Positions 56,001 to 64,000 of a DNA stretch of 64,000 nt are shown in pieces. A program made the position numbers and the translations under genes. This stretch comes from Eledone cirrhosa (lineage: Eukaryota). Below the pieces are notes generated by a model. It did no database searches, was not told the DNA's origin, and saw nothing but the letters and a program-made list of their open reading frames with translations. How positions within the stretch are numbered: position 1 is the first letter of the stretch; each line of letters opens with the position of its first letter. The stretch spans positions 27,714,001-27,778,000 of the forward strand of contig OZ024744.1 of assembly GCA_964016885.1 (NCBI GenBank), read 5' to 3'.

Positions 56001-57040
56001 CTGTTATTGTCATTGTTGTTGTTGTTGTTGCTGTTATAACTGTTACTGTCATTGTTGTAGTTGTTGTCGCTGTTATCACTGTTATTATCATTGTTGTTGT
56101 TGTCGCTGTTATCACTGTTATTGTCACTGTTGTTGTTGTTGTCGCTGTTATCACTGTTATTGTCACTGTTGTTGTTGTTGTCACTGTTATAAATGTTATT
56201 GTCACTGTTGTCGTTGTTGTCGCTGTTATCACTCTTATTGTCACTGTTGTTGTTGTTGTCGCTGTCATAACTGTTCTTTTCACTGTTGTTGTTGTTGTTG
56301 TTGTTATCGCTGTTATCACTGTTATTGTCACTGTTGTTGTCGCTGTTATCACTGTTATTGTCACTGTTGTTATTGTTGTTGTTGCTGTTATCACTGTTAT
56401 TGTCACTGTTGTAGTTGTTGTCGCTGTTATAACTGTTATTGTCACTGTTGTTGTTGATGCTGTCGCTGTTATCACTGTTATTGTCATTGTTGTTGTTGTT
56501 GTGGCTGTTATCACTGTTATTGTCACTGTTGTTGTCGCTGTTATCACTGTTATTTTCATTGTTGTTGTTGTTGTTCTCTCTGTTATCACTGTTATTGTCA
56601 CTGTTATTGTCACTGTTGTTGTTGTTCTTGCTGTTATAATTGTTATTGTGACTGTTGTTGTTGTCGCTGTTATAACTGTTATTGTCATTGTTGTTGTTGT
56701 TGTTGTCGCTGTTATCACTGTTATTAATACTGTTGTTGTTGTTGTTCACGCTGTTATCACTGTTATTGTCACTGTTGTTGTTGTTGTCGCTGTTATAACT
56801 GTTATTGTCACTGTTGTTGTTGCTGTTGTCGCTGTCATAACTCTTATTGTCACTGTTGTTGTTGTTGTTGTCGTTGTTATCACTGTTATTGTCATTATTG
56901 TTGTTCTCGCTGTTATCACTGGTATTGACACAGTTGTTGTTGTTGTTGTCGCTGTTATAACTGTTATTGTCTCTGTTGTTGTTGTCGCTGTTATAACTGT
57001 TATTGTCACTGTTGTTGTTGTCGCTGTTATAACTCTTATT
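53030..57040. repeat. 2535-bp-period duplication of a ~1.5-kb segment (~53.0-54.5 kb / ~55.6-57.0 kb)
   Basis: ATATCT at 53153/55688, GATGCTGTCGCT at 53921/56456 and GACACA at 54392/56927. The CACGCT-linked minus-strand stops fall at 54211/56746. Confidence 0.88.
54510..55330. repeat. 447-bp-period duplication
   Basis: AATGTTGTGGTT at 54593/55040 and ACTCCTATT at 54854/55301. Confidence 0.88.
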
Positions 57041-59075
57041 GTCACTGTTGTTGTTGTCGCAGTTATCACTGTTATTGTCATTGTTGTTGTTGTTGTCGCT
57101 GTTATCACTGTTATTGTCCCTGTTGTTGTTGTCGCTGTTATAAATGTTATTGTCACTATTGCTTTTGTTGTTGTCGCTCTTATCACTCTTATTGTCATTG
57201 CTGTTGTTGTTCTAGCTGCTATCCCTGTTATTGTCATTGTTGTTGTTGTTGTACTCGCTGTTATCACTGTTATTGTCATTGTTGTTGTTGTTGTCGCTGT
57301 TATCACTGTTATTGTCACTGTTTTTGTTGTTGTCGCTATTATCACTGTTATAGTCACTGTTGTTTTTGTTGTTGTCGCTGTTATCACTGTTGTCGTCACT
57401 GTTGTTGTTGTTGTCGCTGTTATAACTGTTATTGTCGCTGTTATAACTGTTATTGTCATTGTTGTTGTTGTCACTGTTATCACTGTTATTGACACTGTTG
57501 TTGCTGTTGTTCTCGCTGTTATCACTGTTATTGTCACTGTTGTTGTTGTTGTTCTCGCTGTTACCACTGTTATTGTCAATGTTGTGGTTGTTGTCGCTGT
57601 TATAACTGTTATTGTCACTGTTGTTGTTGTTGTCGCTGTTATAACTCTTATTGTCACTGTTGTTGTTGTTGTCGTTGTTATCACTGTAATTGTCATTATT
57701 GTTATTGTCGCTGTTATCACTGTTATTGTCATTGTTGTTGTTGTTGTCGTCGCTGTTATCACTTTTATTGTCACTGTTTTTGTTGTTGTCGCTTCTATAA
57801 CTGTTATTTTCACTATTGCTGTTGTTGTCGCTGTTATCACTCCTATTGTCATTGTTGTTGTCGCTGTTATCACTGTTATTGTCACTGTTGTTGTTCTCGC
57901 TGTTATAACTGTTATTCTCACTGTTGTTGTTGTTCTCGCTGTTATCACTGGTATTGTCACTGTTGTTGTTGTTGTCGCTGTTATAACTGTTATTGTCACT
58001 GTTGTTGTTGCTGTTGTCGCTGTCATAACTCTTATTGTCACTGTTGTTGTTGTTGTTGTCGTTGTTATCACTGTTATTGTCATTATTGTTGTTCTCGCTG
58101 TTATCACTGGTATTGACACAGTTGTTGTTGTTGTCGCTGTTGTTGTTGTCGCTGTTATAACTGTTATTGTCACTGTTGTTGTTGTCGCTGTTATAACTCT
58201 TATTGTCACTGTTGTTGTCGCTGTTATCACTGTTATTGTCATTGTTGTTGTTGTTGTCGCTGTTATCACTGTTATTGTCCCTGTTGTTGTTGTCGCTGTT
58301 ATAAATGTTATTGTCACTATTGCTTTTGTTGTTGTCGCTCTTATCACTCTTATTGTCATTGCTGTTGTTGTTCTAGCTGCTATCCCTGTTATTGTCATTG
58401 TTGTTGTTGTTGTACTCGCTGTTATCACTGTTATTGTCATTGTTGTTGTTGTTGTCGCTGTTATCACTGTTATTGTCACTGTTTTTGTTGTTGTCGCTAT
58501 TATCATTGTTATAGTCACTGTTGTTGTTGTTGTCGCTGTTATAACTGTTATTGTCGCTGTTATAACTGTTATTGTCATTGTTGTTGTTGTCGCTGTTATC
58601 ACTGTTATTGGCACTGTTGTTGCTGTTGTTCTCGCTGTTATCACTGTTATTGTCACTGTTGTTGTTGTTGTTCTCGCTGTTACCACTGTTATTGTCAATG
58701 TTGTGGTTGTTGTCGCATTTATAACTGTTATTGTCACTGTTGCTGTTGTTGTCGCTGTTATAACTCTTATTGTCACTGTTGTTGTTGTTGTCGTTGTTAT
58801 CACTGTAATTGTCATTATTGTTATTGTCGCTGTTATCACTGTTATTGTCATTGTTGTTGTTGTTGTCGTCGCTGTTATCACTTTTATTGTCACTGTTTTT
58901 GTTGTTGTCGCTTCTATAACTGTTATTTTCACTATTGCTGATGTTGTCGCTGTTATCACTCCTATTGTCATTGTTGTTGTCGCTGTTATCACTGTTATTG
59001 TCACTGTTGTTGTTCTCGCTGTTATAACTGTTATTCTCACTGTTGTTGTTGTTCTCGCTGTTATCACTGGTATTG
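56760..59075. repeat. ~1.12-1.19-kb tandem duplication with internal monomer deletions
   Basis: GACACA at 56927/58115, CTAGCTGCTATCCCT at 57212/58373 and ACTCCTATT at 57839/58958. Confidence 0.85.
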
Positions 59076-62000
59076 ACACTGTTGTTGTTTTTTTTGTCGC
59101 TGTTATAACTGTTATTGTCACTGTTGTTATTGTTGTTGTCGCTGTTATAACTGTTATTGTCACTGTTGTTGTTGATGTTCTCGCTGTTATCACTGTTATT
59201 GTCATTGTTGTTGTTGTCGCTGTTATCACTGTTATTGTCACTGTTTTTGTTGTTGTCGCTATTATCACTGTTATTGTCACTGTAGTTTTTGTTGTTGTCG
59301 CTGTTATCACTGTTATTTTCATTGTTTTTATTGTTGTTCTCGCATTTATCACTGTTATTGTCAGTGTTGTTGTTCTTGTTCTCGCTGTTATCACTGTCGT
59401 CGTCACTGTTGTTGTTGTTGTCGCTGTTATAACTGTTATTGTGACTGTTGTTGTTGTTGTTGTTGTCGCTGTTATAACTGTTATTGTCATTGTTGTTGTT
59501 GTCGCTGTTATCACTGTTATTGACACTGTTGTTGCTGTTGTTCTCGCTGTTATCACTGTTATTGTCACTGTTGTTGTTGTTCTCGCTGTTACCACTGTTA
59601 TTGTCAATGTTGTTGTTGTTGTCGCTGTTATAACTGTTATTGTCACTGTTGTTGTTGTTGTCGCTGTTATAACTCTTATTGTCACTGTTGTTGTTGTTGT
59701 CGTTGTTATCACTGTTATTGTCATTGTTGTTGTTGTTGTTGTTGTTGTCGCTGTTATCACTGTTATTGTCACTGTTGTTGTTGTCGCTGTTATCACTGTT
59801 ATTGTCACTGTTGTTGTTGTCGCTGTTATAACTGTTATTGTCACTGTTGTTGATGTTGTCACTGTTATCACTCTTATTGTCACTGTTGTTGTTCTCGCTG
59901 TTATCACTGTTATTGTCATTGTTGTTGTTGTCGCTGTTATCACTGTTATTGTCACTGTTGCTGTTGTTGTCGCTGTTATCTCTGTTATTGTCATTGTTGT
60001 TGTCGCTGTTATAACTGTTATTGTCATTGTTGTTGTTGTTGTTGCTGTTATAACTGTTACTGTCATTGTTGTTGTTGTTGTCGCTGTTATCACTGTTATT
60101 TTCATTGTTGTTGTTGTCGCTGTTATCACTGTTATTGTCACTGTTGTTGTTGTTGTTGTTGTTGTCGCTATTATCACTGTTATTGTCACTGTTGTTGTTG
60201 TTGTCACTGTTATAAATGTTATTGTCACTGTTGTCGTTGTTGTCGATGTTATCAATGTTATTGTCACTGTTGTTGTTGTTGTTGTCGCTGTCATAACTGT
60301 TCTTTTCACTGTTGTTGTTGTTGTTCTCGCTGTTATCACTGTTATTGTCACTGTTGTTGTCGCTGTTATCACTGTTATTGTCACTGTTGTTATTGTTGTT
60401 GTTGCTGTTATCACTGTTATTGTCACTGTTGTAGTTGTTGTCGCTGTTATCACTGTTATTGTCACTGTTCTTGTTGTTGCTGTCGCTGTTATTACTGTTA
60501 TTGTCATTGTTGTTGTTGTTGTGGCTGTTATCACTGTTGTTGTCGCTGTTATCACTGTTATTTTCATTGTTGTTGTTGTTGTTCTCTCTGTTATCACTGT
60601 TATTGTCACTGTTATTGTCACTGTTGTTGTTGTTCTCGCTGTTATAACTGTTATTGTCATTGTTGTTGTTGTCGCTGTTATCACTGTTATTAACATTGTT
60701 GTTGTTGTTGTTCTCGCTGTTATCACTGTTATTGTCACTGTTGTTGTTGTTGTCGCCGTTATAACTGTTATTGTCACTGTTGTGGTTGTCGCTGTTATCA
60801 CTGTTATTGTGACTTTTGTTGTTGTCGCTGTTATCACTGTTATTGTCACTGTTGCTGTTGTTGTCGCTGTTATCACTGCTATTGTCGTTGTTGTTGTTGT
60901 TGTTGTCGCTGTTATCACTGTGATTGTCATTGTTCTTGTTGTTGTTCTCGCTGTTATCACCGTTATTGTCACTGTTGTTGTCGCTGTTATCACTGTTATT
61001 GTCACTGTTGTTATTGTTGTGGTTGCTGTTATCACTGTTATTGTCACTGTTGTAGTTGTTGTCGCTGTTATAACTGTTATTCTCACTGTTGTTGTTGTTG
61101 CTGTCGCTGTTATCACTGTTATTGTCATTGTTGCTGTTGTACTCGCTGTTATCACTGTTATTGTTGTTTTTGTAGTGGCTGTTATCACTGTTATTGTTAC
61201 TGTTGTTGTTGTTGCTGTCGCTGTTATTACTGTTATTGTCATTGTTGTTGTTGTTGTGGCTGTTATCACTGTTGTTGTCGCTCTTATCACTGTTATTTTC
61301 ATTGTTGTTGTTGTTGTTCTCTATGTTATCACTGTTATTGTCATTGTTATTGTCACTGTTGTTGTTGTTCTCGCTGTTATAACTGTGATTGTCATTGTTG
61401 TTGTTGTTGTCGCTGTTATCACTGTTATTAACACTGTTGTTGTTGTTCTCGCTGTTATCACTGTTATTGTCACTGTTGTTGTTGTCGCTGTTATAACTGT
61501 TATTGTCACTGTTGTTGTTGCTGTTGTCGCTGTCATAACTCTTATTGTCACTGTTGTTGTTGTTGTCGTTGTTATCACTGTTATTGTCATTATTGTTGTT
61601 CTCGCTGTTATCACTGGTATTGACACTGTTGTTGTTGTTGTCGCTGTTATAACTGTTATTGTCTCTGTTGATGTTGTTGTTGTCGCTGTTATAACTGTTA
61701 TTGTCACTGTTGTTGTTGTAGCTGTTATAACTCTTATTGTCACTGTTGTTGTTGTTGTCGTCGTTGTTATCACTGTTATTGTCATTATTGTTGTTGTCGC
61801 TGTTATCACTGTTATTGTCATTGTTGTTGTTGTTGTCGCTGTTATCACTGTTATTGTCCCTGTTGTTGTTGTCGCTGTTATAACTGTTATTGTCACTATT
61901 GCTTTTGTTGTTGTCGCTCTTGTCACTCTTATTGTCATTGTTGTTGTTGTTCTCGCTGCTATCCCTGTTATTGTCATTGTTGTTGTTGTTGTACTCGCTG

Positions 62001-62869
62001 TTATCACTGTTATTGTCATTGTTGTTGTTGTTGTCGCTGTTATCACTGTTATTGTCACTGTTTTTGTTGTTGTCGATATTATCACTGTTATTGTCACTGT
62101 TGTTTTTGTTGTTGTCGCTGTTATCACTGTTATTTTCATTGTTTTTGTTGTTGTTCTCGCATTTATCACTGTTATTGTCAGTGTTGTTGTTCTTGTTCTC
62201 GCTGTTATCACTGTCGTCGTCACTGTTGTTGTTGTCGCTGTTATGACTGTTATTGTGACTGTTGTTGTTGGTGTTTTCGCTGTTATAACTGTTATTGTCA
62301 TTGTTGTTGTTGTCGCTGTTGTCACTGTTATTGACACTGTTGTTGCTGTTGTTCTCGCTGTTATCACTGTTATTGTCACTGTTGTTGTTGTTCTCGCTGT
62401 TACCACTGTTATTGTCAATGTTGTTGTTGTTGTCACTGTTATAACTGTTATTGTCACTGTTGTTGTTGTCGCTGTTATAACTCTTATTGTCACTGTTGTT
62501 GTTGTTGTTGTCGTTGTTATCACTGTTATTGTCATTATTGTTATTGTCGCTGTTATCACTGTTATTGTCATTGTTGTTGTTGTTGTTGTCGCTGTTATCA
62601 CTGTTATTGTCACTGTTGTTGTTGTTGTCGCTTCTATAACTGTTATTGTCACTATTGCTGTTGTTGTTGTCGCTGTTATCACTCTTATTGTCATTGTTGT
62701 TGTTGTCGCTGTTATCACTGTTATTGTCACTGTTGTTGTTCTCGCTGTTATAACTGTTATTCTCACTGTTGTTGTTCTCGCTTTTATCAATGGTATTGAC
62801 ACTGTTTTTGTTTTTATTGTCGCTGTTAGAACTGTTATTGTCACTGTTGTTATTGTTGTTGTCGCTGTT

Positions 62870-63690
62870 ATAACTGTTATTGTCACTGTTGTTGTTGTTG
62901 TTGTTGTTCTCGCTGTTATCACTGTTATTGTCATTGTTGTTGTTGTCGCTGTTATCACTGTGATTGTCATTGTTGTTGTTGTCGCTGTTATCACTGTTAT
63001 TGTCACTGTTGTTGTTGTTCTCGCTGTTATCACTGTTATTGTCACTGTTGTTGTTCTTCTCGCTGTTATCACTGTTATTGTCATTGTTGTTGTTGTTGTG
63101 TTCGCTGTTATAACTGTTATTGTCATTGTTGTTGTTGTTGTTGTTGTCGCTGTTATCACTGTTATTGTCACTGTTGTTGTTGCCGCTGGTATAACTGTTA
63201 TTGTCACTGTTGTTTTTGTTTTTGTCGCTGTTATCACTGTTATTGTCACTGTTGTTGTTGTCGCTGTTATCACTGTGATTGTCATTGTTGTTGTTGTCGC
63301 TGTTATAACTGTTATTGTCACTGTTGTTGTTGTTGTTGTTGTTCTCGCTGTTATCACTGTTATTGTCATTGTTGTTGTTGTCGCTGTTATCACTGTGATT
63401 GTCATTGTTGTTGTTGTCGCTGTTATCACTGTTATTGTCACTGTTGTTGTTGTTCTCGCTGTTATCACTGTTATTGTCACTGTTGTTGTTCTTCTCGCTG
63501 TTATCACTGTTATTGTCATTGTTGTTGTTGTTGTGTTCGCTGTTATAACTGTTATTGTCATTGTTGTTGTTGTTGTTGTTGTCGCTGTTATCAATGTTAT
63601 TGTCACTGTTGTTGTTGCCGCTGGTATAACTGTTATTGTCACTGTTGTTTTTGTTTTTGTCGCTGTTATCACTGTTATTGTCACTGTTGT
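62870..63690. repeat. 435-bp-period duplication
   Basis: GCCGCTGGTATA at 63182/63617, each followed by GTTTTTGTTTTTGTC and preceded by an ACTGTGATT monomer. Confidence 0.85.
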
Positions 63691-64000
63691 TGTTGTCGCT
63701 GTTATAACTGTTATTGTCACTGTTGTTGTTGTTGTTGTCACTGTTATCACTGTTATTGTCACTGTTGTTGTTGTTCTCGCTGTTATCACTGTTATTGTCA
63801 TTGTTGTTGTTGTCGCTGTATTCACTGTTATTGTCACTGTTGCTGTTGTTGTCGCTGTTATCTCTGTTATTGTCATTGTTGTTGTCGCTGTTATAACTGT
63901 TATTGTCATTGTTGTTGTTGTTGTTGTTGCTGTTATAACTGTTACTGTCATTTTTGTTGTTGTTGTCGCTGTTATCACTGTTATTTTCATTGTTGTTGTT

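Larger units (their letters stand above)
1..64000. repeat. Complex (GTT/AAC)-derived tandem satellite array; monomer GTCGCTGTTAT[C/A]ACTGTTATTGTCA[C/T]T(GTT)n, ~33-45 bp; runs off both window edges
   Basis: Every line consists of this monomer or point variants of it, head-to-tail in one orientation. The 36-bp consensus is 50% T, 22% G, 17% C and 11% A on the + strand. I saw no non-repetitive interval. Confidence 0.99.

Noticed and set aside
238-63896. Many short Leu/Ser ORFs resembling signal peptides
   Set aside because: They are runs of ATC-type monomers between TTATAA stops in the third + frame.
1-64000. CRISPR array (27-bp constant core plus variable part)
   Set aside because: The variable part is only (GTT)n, not unique spacers. 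There is no leader and there are no cas genes.
1-64000. Telomeric repeat or G-quadruplex array, suggested by the G/T-rich strand
   Set aside because: GG dinucleotides are rare and I saw no GGG runs. The complex higher-order structure is unlike telomerase products. A subtelomeric location can be neither shown nor excluded.
1-64000. Inversions, transposon insertions, tRNA or rRNA genes
   Set aside because: I saw no AAC-rich segment on the + strand and no non-satellite sequence anywhere.
1-64000. Programmed diversity cassette system or encoded information in GTT tail lengths
   Set aside because: No recombinase, reverse transcriptase or expression site is present. Slippage plus segmental duplication explains the variation.
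1-64000. Assignment to a species or a named satellite family
   Set aside because: I do not recognise the monomer. The array size suggests a eukaryote, but a database search is needed.

Overview
The whole 64-kb window is one uninterrupted, single-orientation tandem-repeat (satellite) array with no unique sequence. The monomer is GTC GCT GTT AT[C/A] ACT GTT ATT GTC A[C/T]T followed by (GTT)n, with n usually 2-6 and at most 12. Monomers are about 33-45 bp, roughly 1,600-1,800 copies by estimate. It looks like a complex satellite derived from a (GTT/AAC)n microsatellite. I can support no protein-coding gene, RNA gene, mobile element or CRISPR array. The very long ORFs in the track are by-products of a triplet repeat that is stop-free in four of six frames. 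The real information is structural. Diagnostic variant monomers show a nested hierarchy: 3 bp, then 9 bp, then a ~36-39 bp monomer, then an ordered ~2-3 kb higher-order cycle, then an irregular ~22-27 kb super-repeat. Recent tandem duplications of 35 bp to 6.5 kb are overlaid on this and can be partly ordered in time. Triplet phase is broken at only about 35 sites, which descend from about 10 founder indels. I see no evidence for a new gene-based system. Any function (centromeric/heterochromatic, transcribed or translated) is hypothesis only, and the organism cannot be identified from this window. Duplication boundaries are approximate and were read by eye.
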